Origin: a virus
Lineage: Duplodnaviria > Caudoviricetes
DNA length: 61,513 bases
IMG/VR virus record: IMGVR_UViG_3300036770_006790
Coordinates: 1 to 61,513 of that record
Direction: 5' to 3' (one strand)
The notes below the pieces were generated by a model that did not search any database, was not told the DNA's origin, and was given only the letters and a program-made list of their open reading frames with translations. This document shows, one piece after another, positions 18,255-28,942 of this stretch. Every line of letters starts with the position of its first letter. The first letter of the stretch is position 1. Both the position numbers and the translations under genes were made by a program.

Positions 18255-18911
18255 ATGAAGCTTTTACATATTTTAGAATCTATGTCAAAAGAAATGAGAA
18301 GTGAAGTGAACAAAATTTTAATTTTTGAGAAATTTTTAAATGAAAATATTAATTTATCAAAATTAAAAAATTATCTATATGACTATTTTGATTTAAATAA
18401 TTTAATAGAGCCAGCGACAATTCCGATTAAAAAAAATTATGTTAGATTATATCATCAAACAGATTTAGAACATTTTGAAAAAATTAAAAATGAAGGAAAG
18501 ATTTCAATTGAGAAATCAAAAGGTAGCCTTTTTAATGAACCTGTTATTATTTGGGGGCAGATAGTAAAAAATACCAATGATAGTGGTTTTTATGGATCAC
18601 CTAAAAAAAGGTTCACTATTGAATATCAAGTCCCAGAAAAAGAAGTTGATAAAGGAAATGGTGGGATTCGTAGAGATGTTACTTCTGATGAAATAATTGC
18701 TTATCACGACCCAAGATTATTTAATATTAAATCGATTCTTGATGATTATGATTATCTAAGCAACATAGTTGAAAATTTAAATTTTTTTATGAAATTTAAA
18801 AATGATGATGAAACTTCAGATGAACACGCTTATTATCTAATCGCCGATGCAGTAAAAAACATGAGAATTAATGAAATTTCAAGAACAATTAATCAACAAA
18901 AAGTAAATTAA
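18255..18911 (+). CDS. Putative ADP-ribosyltransferase-fold protein
   Basis: VRLYHQT...EKIKNEG strand-1/helix pattern; leader MKLLHILE. Confidence 0.5.
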   Translation: MKLLHILESMSKEMRSEVNKILIFEKFLNENINLSKLKNYLYDYFDLNNLIEPATIPIKKNYVRLYHQTDLEHFEKIKNEGKISIEKSKGSLFNEPVIIWGQIVKNTNDSGFYGSPKKRFTIEYQVPEKEVDKGNGGIRRDVTSDEIIAYHDPRLFNIKSILDDYDYLSNIVENLNFFMKFKNDDETSDEHAYYLIADAVKNMRINEISRTINQQKVN

Positions 18912-18916
18912 ACCGC

Positions 18917-19420
18917 TCATTCATAGGGTTCAACAAAATCATCATAATATCTTTGCAACTGCCTTTCAGTTTCAAAATATTTTATATTTTCTGGGGTATA
19001 GTTTACCATTTCCCTACCTTTAACTATCAAACCATCATAACCAAGTTTAAGCATTTCCTTGTCCATGCTGGTATTTTTCTCAAAAAAAGCTGGAGAATAT
19101 TCATGACCATGTTCCTTACAAAATTTATCAATTAATTTTTGCGTGAACATTTCAGCATCATTTCTATATTGGAAAACTTTTGGGTTTTTGGGTTTTGCGT
19201 TGATAACAAAGTAAACTTTGCCATATTGTCTTGCCAATTCTTTATTCCCCAAAAAAGCGGTGTATAGACCTTTACCAAAACTACCATAGTTTTCATTCGC
19301 CCTTCCATATTCCTTCATTCCACGCAAAGTTACGTTATTCCTTTTCCATCTGGAATATCCATCTATGGCTTCATGGATATATTGCTTTAGTTCTTTGATT
19401 GAAATTACGTTTGTTTGCAT
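18917..19420 (-). CDS. Putative ADP-ribosyltransferase-fold protein
   Basis: TLRG...FGKGLYTA...LARQYG...LGYDGLIVKGREMVNY pattern with a candidate catalytic Glu. Confidence 0.62.
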   Translation of the reverse strand: MQTNVISIKELKQYIHEAIDGYSRWKRNNVTLRGMKEYGRANENYGSFGKGLYTAFLGNKELARQYGKVYFVINAKPKNPKVFQYRNDAEMFTQKLIDKFCKEHGHEYSPAFFEKNTSMDKEMLKLGYDGLIVKGREMVNYTPENIKYFETERQLQRYYDDFVEPYE

Positions 19421-19425
19421 AGCTA

Positions 19426-19830
19426 TTAAAATAAAATATTTTCAAAAAAATTATCATCAGCATGTTTTATTGCTTCGTGAATAGCGATAAAATCTTCTTC
19501 CAGTTTTGAATCGAAGTAATTACAAATATTGTTATATAATTTTAGACTATCGATAAAACACCTTTTTGACGTTGAACCTTTACATATTGTAATCAACCTA
19601 TGCTCAATCAAAATGTAAGCCCCGTAGGTTGACCAAACAATTGCCCTTTCACCATTATTGGGTGAATATATTAACTTCGATTGTGGGTCATTTATGGCCG
19701 AAATAACCACATTGTGGCATGTGTTGTCCCTGTTAGATGGTTCCCTTATATCTAAAACTTGTTCTTTCACAAAAGAAGGTACTTTGTTAAATAGAAAATC
19801 TTTAAAATAGTCGGTTAATTTTTCTTTCAT
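19426..19830 (-). CDS. Hypothetical protein
   Basis: Start re-set to ATG 19830 (MKEKLTDYF), abutting the upstream stop. Confidence 0.65.
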   Translation of the reverse strand: MKEKLTDYFKDFLFNKVPSFVKEQVLDIREPSNRDNTCHNVVISAINDPQSKLIYSPNNGERAIVWSTYGAYILIEHRLITICKGSTSKRCFIDSLKLYNNICNYFDSKLEEDFIAIHEAIKHADDNFFENILF

Positions 19831-19831
19831 A

Positions 19832-20731
19832 TTAAGATTTTGTTTTCCATTTTCCACCCATAGATTTGTATCTTTTTGCTGCTGCTCCGTTACAGTATGC
19901 GCTTGGACAGACTTTATATCGTCTCTTTGCCCATGCCAGCGCGTTTTGCCATAATGCCGGATTAGTTGGAACGTTCTTCTTTTTTCCCTCATTGAGATTT
20001 GAATTTTCTTCTGTTTCATTCATTATAAAATCAAATACCTGATCCATATTTTCTTTGGCAACGGCGATATGGTCTTGAGCCCAATCATGCCCATCATCCA
20101 ATATCATCTCAAGTTGTTCTCTTGGAAATTCCAATAACAATTCACATTGCCTTTTTAATTGCTCCAAATTGGAAAAGAACATATATCTGTCCTCCTTTTG
20201 CTCCATAAAAAGTTTAATCTTCTCCTTTATGGATTCTTTTATTGGTGGTTCAAAGAAACCACCTTTATCTAGTTCCGAGAATTTTTTTATTTTATCAAAA
20301 TTTTTTTTCCCATAAAATTCTGTTTGTTTAGTTTTTTTCATATCATCTAATTTTTTCACTAACATGTGATTTTGCACTATATCAAAAACAATATCTGGTC
20401 GCCCACCCAAATCAAAAATCCAATCAGAAAATTTATCAACATATTCGGCAGAAAAATTTTCATGCCCCAATGCGTTGACTTCTCCAGTTTTTGGATTTGT
20501 TCCGACGGTGTCTCGTTTTCCTAAATCATGAAATAATGCAGCCAATATGATATCAATATCATTTGGATATTTATCTATCGCCCTCATGGTAACAACCATA
20601 GTATGTTTTAAAACGTTTCCTTCTGGATGTTTATCTTTTCTTTGTGGTACGTTTTTATTATCAAAAATTATATTTTTTAGCTCTTGGGGTGACAAACTAA
20701 TCAAATATTTTAATTTATTGTATGGCGTCAT
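19832..20731 (-). CDS. HD-domain protein fused to two small phage domains
   Basis: HPEGNVLKHT...AALFHDLGK...GHE...NHM (CCA-enzyme-type HD), then YMFFSNLEQ...GHDWAQDH, then basic PSAYCNG...YKSMGGKW (DUF5872-like). Confidence 0.72.
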   Translation of the reverse strand: MTPYNKLKYLISLSPQELKNIIFDNKNVPQRKDKHPEGNVLKHTMVVTMRAIDKYPNDIDIILAALFHDLGKRDTVGTNPKTGEVNALGHENFSAEYVDKFSDWIFDLGGRPDIVFDIVQNHMLVKKLDDMKKTKQTEFYGKKNFDKIKKFSELDKGGFFEPPIKESIKEKIKLFMEQKEDRYMFFSNLEQLKRQCELLLEFPREQLEMILDDGHDWAQDHIAVAKENMDQVFDFIMNETEENSNLNEGKKKNVPTNPALWQNALAWAKRRYKVCPSAYCNGAAAKRYKSMGGKWKTKS

Positions 20732-20735
20732 TTTA

Positions 20736-22163
20736 TTAGTTTTTTTGGTTTACAATTTGAAATGTTATTACTTTTTTATAAGTATCTTTTTGTCCGTTGA
20801 TATTAACTTTAACATCAATATAGTATTGGTTTGGTATTTTATCTCTGGTATCGAACATAAAATAAAACCCATCAGGAGTTCTGTTTATTTGTGTATAATC
20901 TTGAACAATAACTTCGGTGTTTCCTTCTTTAACATACACTCTATAAAAAGGATTAATATTTTTAAGCACTTCATTTGTAGTATATGCTTTTTTAATAATA
21001 ACCCCAATTTTTCTAATATCAGTGTTTATTATTTTTTCATTCTGTAAAATTCCGTAAATATCGAATCCGAAGTTAAAAGCATCTGATGTGTTTATACCTA
21101 TTGTATATCTATTATTATATGACTCTAATATAAATTGATTTTCAGTATTTGGCAAAGATACATCATTTATTTTTATATTACTCCATATATCGGTAAATAC
21201 ACAAGGAATTGTATATGTATAAAATGTATTTGGTGTTGTTACCTTATAAACACCCTTAGTTACCGTACAGGCAGTTAAAGATGTGCATCCAGATACTATT
21301 GCGTCGTTGTTGTCATATATTGTTACAACTGGGTTCTCATCCAAATTTATAAAGTCACCATCACCATAAACATACAAATATAAATTATTTTCTCTATATG
21401 TTGTAAAGTTATGCCTATCGTCCAATATTAGGTCATTGTATGTTGTTTCAAGATATGGCTCATAAAAGGTTTGAGTGTGCCTAGTAAAAAATCCTACGCT
21501 ATATGTTTCACCTAAGTTTGTTAAGTTTTCGACTTGAGGATAAAATGCAATTCCCCAGCCTGTTGTTCCAGTTGTTCCTCCGGTTAATATTGCGTTTATT
21601 TCGTTTGTCATATCAAAGTTAATATCCTCATCACCAAATTCAAAATGTTGAGTATCAACTATTGTTAACGCCGAAAAATTAACATTTGTTTCAGAAGATT
21701 GATTTTTATTATCGTATAAACCATTTGTTGTCCACCCACTTATCGTTGTGGCATTAAACCAATTTGATGGTCTATCCGAAAATGCTTTGTCCGTATTTAG
21801 GTTTGTCTCAAAATAATCATACCCAACACCCTCATCCCATTGTTGATTATTTGGTATCCTGAATAATATCAAATCAAAAGAGGATGCTCTTCTTCTTCCA
21901 GAGCTTGTTTTAGTGTTTAATAATTCCTTGTCAAAGGATGATGTGTTTTTTATTTTAAGGTAGTGTTTTATATCTGCGGTACATCCCGTCGATATTGTTT
22001 TATCTTCAAATTTTGATTTTAAATCATCAATGTTGATATCAAAAATAAATCTACTAAAACCATTACCAAAATATAATTCGGTTACAGGATTTCTACCAGT
22101 ATTAGCCTCTGAATTATATAAAATGGTATTATTCCTACTAAAATATGAAAAGTGGGTGGACAT
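20736..22163 (-). CDS. Putative virion structural protein
   Basis: T/N/G-rich beta-type composition, WDEGVGYDY motif, ATATTTAT upstream. Confidence 0.55.
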   Translation of the reverse strand: MSTHFSYFSRNNTILYNSEANTGRNPVTELYFGNGFSRFIFDINIDDLKSKFEDKTISTGCTADIKHYLKIKNTSSFDKELLNTKTSSGRRRASSFDLILFRIPNNQQWDEGVGYDYFETNLNTDKAFSDRPSNWFNATTISGWTTNGLYDNKNQSSETNVNFSALTIVDTQHFEFGDEDINFDMTNEINAILTGGTTGTTGWGIAFYPQVENLTNLGETYSVGFFTRHTQTFYEPYLETTYNDLILDDRHNFTTYRENNLYLYVYGDGDFINLDENPVVTIYDNNDAIVSGCTSLTACTVTKGVYKVTTPNTFYTYTIPCVFTDIWSNIKINDVSLPNTENQFILESYNNRYTIGINTSDAFNFGFDIYGILQNEKIINTDIRKIGVIIKKAYTTNEVLKNINPFYRVYVKEGNTEVIVQDYTQINRTPDGFYFMFDTRDKIPNQYYIDVKVNINGQKDTYKKVITFQIVNQKN

Positions 22164-22182
22164 TCGTTTTTGTAATAAATAT

Positions 22183-23694
22183 TTAATTTATTCGAATATT
22201 CTTGTTTAGTATTTTATTGACAGCATTTGAAAACTCTTGAATTAACTTTTCAGTTGTCATACCATCTTCGGTAACAGGAACAGGTGGAAGTCCCGGATAT
22301 GCGTGAGTGTGGCTTATTAAAAACCTTATTATCAAATTAATAAGCTCCAATAATTCCTCACCTCTGACCATAGAAGATGTTTTATTTTTTATTTCACCCT
22401 CAAACTTATCAGAATCAATGCCATAAATAGTATTTTCCAAATTTATACTCCCTTTTTGTGGTATGCTGGATTTATGTGATAACAAATAAATATCATCCGA
22501 TCCTATCGCAGCATATGTTTTAGGCTGACTATTGAAAGTTTTTCTTCTTACTTCGCTTTTTTTAATTGAAATAGGTGATCCAATTTTATTAATCTCATAT
22601 ATTAAACCATAGCCACCATTGTTGGATGGAAATAATTTAATGCTGTTATATACCTTAATTAAATTAGCCCTCGCATTTATGTTTATATTTTCAGTAGAAG
22701 TCATTATATCATAAATCATGGGCGATGGCCTGAAGAAAATTGGAAATTTATCGTCACTGTCAAATAAAACCTCGCCTGTTGATAATTTATTTTTATTGTT
22801 GCAATCAAGTATGAAATTGTTTATAAATAAAATTGCGTTATTAAGTGTTAAATTATTGAAATCCAATTTCAACCTTATTTTTTTTATGTCCTCTAAATCA
22901 CTCGAAACATTTATTACATTGCTCGCAACTTTTGAGTTTTGCTTTAATTCATATAAGTAAACCGAACCATGAAAAATATCTTGTGTGTTCTCAGGATTCG
23001 TTATATTCCACTCTATTAGATATTTTGTGTTTAATATATTTTCTTTTATGTCAAGTATAGTTTCTTTAGGTAAATCTTCAGTACTTCCGTTAAATAAAGA
23101 AAGTTGGACAAATGCCCTGTTTTTATTTGCAACCGGAAGTTTGTTTTTAGAAAAATTACCTTTTATTTTTCCAGACCTAATAATTACATCATTTTCTTTT
23201 ATAACAACATCAGATGAACCCCTACCCATTAAAGCGTTATCTCCGGGTTCAGGAAAAACACCAAAAGTCTTAGATGGCTCTCTATGTGTACCATCAATAT
23301 TTTTTATCGGGACGCCAGACTGATATCTTTTTCCTGTTCCAGTGTATTTTTGAGCTTGCACATAATAATCGAAAGGAGCAAGCATGGGAGATGTTAAATT
23401 CGGCTGTATATAATATTGATTATCAAATTTATATTCTTTATTAAAAAATATTACTTGAACAAGTTCATCTCTTTTGGGTATTGCTGTTATATAATATGGC
23501 AAAAGACATTGAAAAACAAAAGGGTCTCTGTCTCCCCACTTATCTTTTTCTTCGTTAAATGGTGGGTCGCTTATACTTCTTATTATTGAATCGTAATCAT
23601 ATGTGAGTATTCTTGCCCTTATTCGATTCAACATCATTGGGTCTTCGCTATCTAAAACTACCGCAGGTTCAAATATTTTATTATCTCGCTCCAT
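22183..23694 (-). CDS. Putative baseplate hub/spike protein (gp5/VgrG OB-fold-like N-terminus)
   Basis: VLDSEDPMMLNRIRARI...LLP...IPKRDELVQVIF; C-terminal HTH (His-Thr-His) as seen in spike tips. Confidence 0.55.
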   Translation of the reverse strand: MERDNKIFEPAVVLDSEDPMMLNRIRARILTYDYDSIIRSISDPPFNEEKDKWGDRDPFVFQCLLPYYITAIPKRDELVQVIFFNKEYKFDNQYYIQPNLTSPMLAPFDYYVQAQKYTGTGKRYQSGVPIKNIDGTHREPSKTFGVFPEPGDNALMGRGSSDVVIKENDVIIRSGKIKGNFSKNKLPVANKNRAFVQLSLFNGSTEDLPKETILDIKENILNTKYLIEWNITNPENTQDIFHGSVYLYELKQNSKVASNVINVSSDLEDIKKIRLKLDFNNLTLNNAILFINNFILDCNNKNKLSTGEVLFDSDDKFPIFFRPSPMIYDIMTSTENININARANLIKVYNSIKLFPSNNGGYGLIYEINKIGSPISIKKSEVRRKTFNSQPKTYAAIGSDDIYLLSHKSSIPQKGSINLENTIYGIDSDKFEGEIKNKTSSMVRGEELLELINLIIRFLISHTHAYPGLPPVPVTEDGMTTEKLIQEFSNAVNKILNKNIRIN

Positions 23695-23896
23695 TTGTTC
23701 TATTATCGTACTCTTTTAAAGTTGTATTATATATATTTTCTATATCATCTAGATATTGAGATAAACTCAAAATAGTGTTTTTAACAATTTCAAATTCTGT
23801 TGATGTTACGTCTAATATAAGCACCAAATCTTTGTTTGGTAATTCTTTTAGAATTTTCACATCTCCTTTTATTTTATCAAAATCTTGCCTTGTCAT
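23681..23896 (-). CDS. Hypothetical small protein
   Basis: 71 aa ORF overlapping both neighbours in an operon-like way. Confidence 0.6.
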   Translation of the reverse strand: MTRQDFDKIKGDVKILKELPNKDLVLILDVTSTEFEIVKNTILSLSQYLDDIENIYNTTLKEYDNRTNGAR

Positions 23897-25929
23897 ATTT
23901 TTTTAGCCCTTATTACGAACGGAACCGATGGGTCCAAAATCCCAACAACTTTTCCATTTTCAGATTCTTCTTTATCAGCACCGATTTGGGATGCTAAAGT
24001 AAATTGCAACATCAAATTAGGAGACCCATCTGGCAATGGTCCAGTTGGGATTCCCAATTTTTGCATTTCTTCAATTATGTTTATAGCGGATCTCTCAGGC
24101 GAAAATCCCGGCAGATATTGCGTGAGTGGCAATAAAACAGATGGTATAGGGTCTGTTGCGCCACTATTAAGTGATATTGTGTTTACTAAATTTAAGATAT
24201 GTTGTAAATCATCAATCAAAGACTTACACTTTCGATAATCAAAAATTAAATTAGCAATAGCTATCAATATATTAGATAGCTTCAATATTATTTGATATTT
24301 TTTATTCGTTTTGTTTTTAAAAACTTCACTAACTATCGGCCTTATAAGATTTATAATGTCTTTTTTGAGTATATCGTATAAAGTCCTAAGATATAACGCA
24401 CCTATTTTTGATACTATTTCTATAGAAAACTTTTTGAACTTAAAAACAAAATCCATAGAATCATTAACAAAATTATTTACTTGTCCGTTAATATCGTTGA
24501 AATTTTTAACAACTTGATTTGAGTCATTTAAAATTGATTCGGCATTTTCGCTCGCCGTGATTTCCACATTTTTTAAAATGGCAAATACGGGCAGCAGCAC
24601 TTTAGGAGACAATACCATAGATGATACCGTTAATGGTATTTTTTTTATTGTTTTGGTATCAAAACTTAATTTCAAGGCTAAAGTATCGGGGAAAATTCCC
24701 TCCCAATTTTGATTATATGATATGCTATTAATTATGTCATCTATTTTATTTATTTGTTCTTCAACTGTGGCATTATCAATATTGTCTTTATATGATAATA
24801 TAGTATTGACTATATTAGCTGCGTCAATAGGTAATTTAACGTTTTCACAATCTTCAAGTTCTATTATACTGTTTTGTATGTTTGATATAGCATCATCTAT
24901 TGTGCGTAAATCGATTTCTGTTAACTCAAACAAACTATCATCAAAATCATCTAATTCCGATATTTTAGAAGTTCCGCTCACATCAACTTCTTCTCTATTA
25001 TCAAAACAAAGCCCAAGTATTCTTTGGAGAATTATTGAAAATTTATTTTTCGTTCTCAATTCACCGTAACCAAGTTTTGCGGTAACATCAATTGATCCCA
25101 ATAAAGTATTAAGTAATTGAGCCAAAAAATCTGATGAATCGTATATTTTAATAGTATCAAAATAGTCAAAAACAAAATCGGATATTTTATTGTCTCCCTC
25201 CCTATTAATTAAGGTTATTGAAATATAATCCTCATTATTTTTCTTAACGAAAGAAAAGTCAAACAATGGTTGTCCGGATTTTCCTCGATACACATCACCG
25301 TATTCCGTAAAATAAGATTTATTTTCATTTTCAATCCTATTTCTCAATTCTTTATTAAAAGGAAATGGCTTTGTGCCACCATAAGCAGAATATTCATTAC
25401 TTAATGAAGGCTCTTGTTTTTCGTAAAATAACTGACCTAAAATAGCTTTTTTATTATTTTTTAAAGAACCAAATATATCTATACTTTTTATAGGTATCAA
25501 TATCCCGTTTGATTGGCTGGAAAGGGTCGATATTTGTTCTTTATTTATGCCCTCATATGTTTGCGCTTGCCCTTCACCTAATGTTTTTAAAATTTCAGTT
25601 CTAAGGATTTCTTTAATCTCTGGCTCAATTTTAACCGATGCCTCTACTAACTTTTTCTTTAAGTAGCTGACTATCTCATTGCCGCTACCTTTAGTTATCC
25701 CTATAAGGCTTAATATTTGGTCAAATGAGGTTGGTGTGTTTCTAAAAGTTTTATCTTGAAATTTTTTTAAGTTATCAAGGGAAGAAGTTATATTTTTAGT
25801 TTCCTGAAATAAAAAATCCGATTGCTTATTTTTCGCTTCTTTTATGGAATTTGATACTTCCCTATAAGTCTTATAAGCATTTATTTTATCTTTTACATCT
25901 TTAAACCCCGATGATAAATCAATAGGCAT
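23893..25929 (-). CDS. Hypothetical protein, possibly structural
   Basis: 678 aa ORF in the operon with the baseplate-like gene. Confidence 0.7.
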   Translation of the reverse strand: MPIDLSSGFKDVKDKINAYKTYREVSNSIKEAKNKQSDFLFQETKNITSSLDNLKKFQDKTFRNTPTSFDQILSLIGITKGSGNEIVSYLKKKLVEASVKIEPEIKEILRTEILKTLGEGQAQTYEGINKEQISTLSSQSNGILIPIKSIDIFGSLKNNKKAILGQLFYEKQEPSLSNEYSAYGGTKPFPFNKELRNRIENENKSYFTEYGDVYRGKSGQPLFDFSFVKKNNEDYISITLINREGDNKISDFVFDYFDTIKIYDSSDFLAQLLNTLLGSIDVTAKLGYGELRTKNKFSIILQRILGLCFDNREEVDVSGTSKISELDDFDDSLFELTEIDLRTIDDAISNIQNSIIELEDCENVKLPIDAANIVNTILSYKDNIDNATVEEQINKIDDIINSISYNQNWEGIFPDTLALKLSFDTKTIKKIPLTVSSMVLSPKVLLPVFAILKNVEITASENAESILNDSNQVVKNFNDINGQVNNFVNDSMDFVFKFKKFSIEIVSKIGALYLRTLYDILKKDIINLIRPIVSEVFKNKTNKKYQIILKLSNILIAIANLIFDYRKCKSLIDDLQHILNLVNTISLNSGATDPIPSVLLPLTQYLPGFSPERSAINIIEEMQKLGIPTGPLPDGSPNLMLQFTLASQIGADKEESENGKVVGILDPSVPFVIRAKKI

Positions 25930-26297
25930 TATTTTTTCGTTTTATATTTACCATCTCCCATTTCCTCATCTCTTTTCAATAACATTTCAAGTGCATTTTC
26001 ATCCAAATCTGAAAAAGAAAAAGTTTCTTCGCCAGATGACATCTTTTGCCATATTGTGGATTGGAGTTTTGACAATCCTAACTTCTTCTCCACGCAATCG
26101 TTAACAATCTTCTGTTGCTTTTCTATAACTGGACCTATGGTAATCATATCTTCAGGCTCTTTCAAGAGTTGTAACATTTTATTTTGTATTTTGATTGCCG
26201 TGTTTCTTTGCTCCACCAACTCATTATAAATCTCTTGCATCAATACAAGAATCGAATCTTTGGTAAAATCTATTTCTTTTTTAAAAGGCTTTTTCAT
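25929..26297 (-). CDS. Hypothetical protein
   Basis: 122 aa helical ORF with ATATTTATA upstream. Confidence 0.7.
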   Translation of the reverse strand: MKKPFKKEIDFTKDSILVLMQEIYNELVEQRNTAIKIQNKMLQLLKEPEDMITIGPVIEKQQKIVNDCVEKKLGLSKLQSTIWQKMSSGEETFSFSDLDENALEMLLKRDEEMGDGKYKTKK

Positions 26298-26334
26298 AAA
26301 TAATTTTTTTATAAATATATGGTGGAAAAAATTA

Positions 26335-27084
26335 TCAATCAGAAGAATGCTTGTTTTCTATGAATTTATAAAGAATTTTGAATTTTCTCATGGATGTTCT
26401 GATTTCTTTTGTCGTTAGATTTGTCATCTCCCTCAAAGACAAAAGAATCATGTTTTTATTAAATTTATTATTTTTTGATGCTGTAAATATGGTTTTGTAA
26501 TTATCGAACAAATCAATTAAAGCATAACCGAGCTTTAATTCGTTTTCATTTAATTTATCGGAATAAACAAAATCTTTAAGGGATTCCGTGTATTTTGATA
26601 TGAGTTTTTCCACATCATAAACCTCATCATCAATATAGTACGTCATATCGGGCCTTTCCTCTAATGAGGAAGAAATATCCTCGTAAGAAACTTTTCTGTT
26701 AATTTCCTTTTGGTCTTTCATTATTTGACCCATAAGGTAATTTTTGCATATAGTCCCAAAATAAGAATAAGCCTTCTTGTTTCTTGAAGGCTTAAACTTA
26801 TCAATTTTAGTCATCAAAAAAGAATGTGTGTCATTGTGCAGTTCCTCAAAATCAATTTCTTTACGAAAAAGTTTATATCGTCTTATAATTGACGAAATCA
26901 TTTTATCCAGAGGCTTTCTGAGGTATGTGTTATATATTTTATTTTTTTCTTCTTTTGTGGTTGCCTCTAAATAATTTATTACCGCTTTTTCTTCTTCTAC
27001 ATCAAAATAATTTTGTTTGTTTTTTTTTGTTGCTTTCTTTTTTAATGTTTGTGTCTCTGTTGTCGCAGAAATTATTTCAAACAT
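26335..27084 (-). CDS. Phage sigma factor (T4 gp55-like late sigma)
   Basis: NYF...A...Y, then KMISSIIRRY...D...FLMTKIDKFKPSRNKKAYSYFGTICKN, a sigma region 2-like pattern similar to gp55. Confidence 0.7.
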   Translation of the reverse strand: MFEIISATTETQTLKKKATKKNKQNYFDVEEEKAVINYLEATTKEEKNKIYNTYLRKPLDKMISSIIRRYKLFRKEIDFEELHNDTHSFLMTKIDKFKPSRNKKAYSYFGTICKNYLMGQIMKDQKEINRKVSYEDISSSLEERPDMTYYIDDEVYDVEKLISKYTESLKDFVYSDKLNENELKLGYALIDLFDNYKTIFTASKNNKFNKNMILLSLREMTNLTTKEIRTSMRKFKILYKFIENKHSSD

Positions 27085-27890
27085 TAATTTTCTTTATTTT
27101 TATATTTTACCTCTCTATCATTTGTGAAAAAATATTCTTTCTTCGCCGTATCCAACCAAAATTTAACTTCTTCTGTAGATAATTTTTTAGAGCTATATTT
27201 GTAGTTCCAAAAAATAGAGCCTTCACGCAAATTCATATGTTTGTAACCAATGCGAGGTATGACCATCGTTTTGACAGAATTATATGTCATTCTAAGTAAA
27301 AATTCATAGACAAAAGTCAGTTTTATGCTTGGTTTAAAACCGCAAAAATCATTAAGAGCTTCTCTTTTTATTACCATTCCAGAACTTTGGAAGTTTTGAT
27401 AATTTAACAGAGTTTCAGTTGTTAAATAACCAACTTCTTGAGAAAATTGAGCGGCAAAAACTGCTTCATTGGTAAATCCAGCATATACGGATTTGCTGTC
27501 AGTATCAACAACAATCGGCATAAAGGCATTAACATCTGGATAAACATCTATGTACTTTTTAACATTTTTAAACCAAATAGATGCGTATTCATCATCAAAC
27601 TCAAAGAATGAAACCCAATCAGATTCCGAATTTTCAACGCCAAAATTTATTTGAGAAGCAAAATTAGGCTCTTCATCCCACAATACTTTTTTAACTGTTA
27701 AAGATTCAAAATCATATTCATTTAAAAAATTAACAAGTGTATCTTCTTTGCTATGTACTATAATAAGGTCGTTGAAACCAATTTTTTGGTTTTGTAGAGA
27801 TTTAATTGCCTTATCAAAATATATTTTAAAATCTTTAGTTTTTGAAGATTTTATTGGTAATATTACGGATAACGATAATTTATCTTCCAT
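27084..27890 (-). CDS. Glycosyltransferase family 2
   Basis: LSVILP...NFGVE...WVSFFEFDDEY. Confidence 0.78.
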   Translation of the reverse strand: MEDKLSLSVILPIKSSKTKDFKIYFDKAIKSLQNQKIGFNDLIIVHSKEDTLVNFLNEYDFESLTVKKVLWDEEPNFASQINFGVENSESDWVSFFEFDDEYASIWFKNVKKYIDVYPDVNAFMPIVVDTDSKSVYAGFTNEAVFAAQFSQEVGYLTTETLLNYQNFQSSGMVIKREALNDFCGFKPSIKLTFVYEFLLRMTYNSVKTMVIPRIGYKHMNLREGSIFWNYKYSSKKLSTEEVKFWLDTAKKEYFFTNDREVKYKNKEN

Positions 27891-27891
27891 G

Positions 27892-28941
27892 TTATTCTAC
27901 TTTATTTATTTGATTTTCAAAACTTTCCATTCTAACTTTAAAGTAATCATCAAACAACTTACATATTGTATTTGTAAACAATTCTTTGTTTTTATAATTT
28001 TGGCTTGTTTCATCTATTTTGTGATATAGTTCATCACTGATCCCATCTTCAAGCCAATTCTGTATAAATTCTGCAATTTTATCTACAATAGATATTTTAT
28101 CATTAGTCCACACACCATTTTCTTCTGTCATCCATTCTGGTATCAAATCTGGTATTTTACCTATAACAGGGACACCACACGACATGGATTCCAAAGGAAA
28201 TGTTCCAAAACCGCTAATATCATCTACCCAAACAGATAAACAACAATTATTTAAAACGTTTGGTAGTTCTGCTTGCGCGATACCATGAATATCTCTAAAA
28301 GCTATCCACCTAAATTGCGGAAATTTTAAATAGAAAGATTTAACAATATTCATTGTATCTATGTGCTCTCTTGTATGAATCGCAATGATTGGTTTGGGTG
28401 GGAATTTATTTTTCTGGAAAAAATTTGGAATATAAGGGGTTAAGATATCGAAATTAACATTCCTCATGATTCCCGAAATATATTCCTTTTGTTTTTCAGA
28501 TGTGGTAATGCACTTAAAAAAACCAAATTGTGGCCAAACTTGCCCCGGCTGCAAAGTTTCCAACGCATAAGAATATGATTGAGCCAATACAATTTTCGCG
28601 CACGGCAAATTTGCTATTTGCTCCATTATAAATCCATAAACTTCTGGGACAACTAAAAAATCATCTGGGCTTATTTCCAAGCTTTGCCCATCAATTGATT
28701 GATGTGGAATATTTTCCATATACCAATCGCCAAGCCACCCCGACACGCCCGTATAATCTGGTTTCTCATGCAAAATTATGGGATTGAAACCGTTATTTTT
28801 TAATGCTTCGGCCATTTGATAAATATACATCACCGATGCCTTTGGGTTTCCTTTTGTGTCATTAACGATAAAATATATTTTAGATTTTTTATCCTTTAGA
28901 TTATCAATAGATAAAAGGACTTTTTCTTTTTTGTTATCCAT
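27892..28941 (-). CDS. Glycosyltransferase, GT-B (GT4-like)
   Basis: VVPE motif and SGFGTFPLESMSCGVPVI. Confidence 0.75.
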   Translation of the reverse strand: MDNKKEKVLLSIDNLKDKKSKIYFIVNDTKGNPKASVMYIYQMAEALKNNGFNPIILHEKPDYTGVSGWLGDWYMENIPHQSIDGQSLEISPDDFLVVPEVYGFIMEQIANLPCAKIVLAQSYSYALETLQPGQVWPQFGFFKCITTSEKQKEYISGIMRNVNFDILTPYIPNFFQKNKFPPKPIIAIHTREHIDTMNIVKSFYLKFPQFRWIAFRDIHGIAQAELPNVLNNCCLSVWVDDISGFGTFPLESMSCGVPVIGKIPDLIPEWMTEENGVWTNDKISIVDKIAEFIQNWLEDGISDELYHKIDETSQNYKNKELFTNTICKLFDDYFKVRMESFENQINKVE

Positions 28942-28942
28942 T

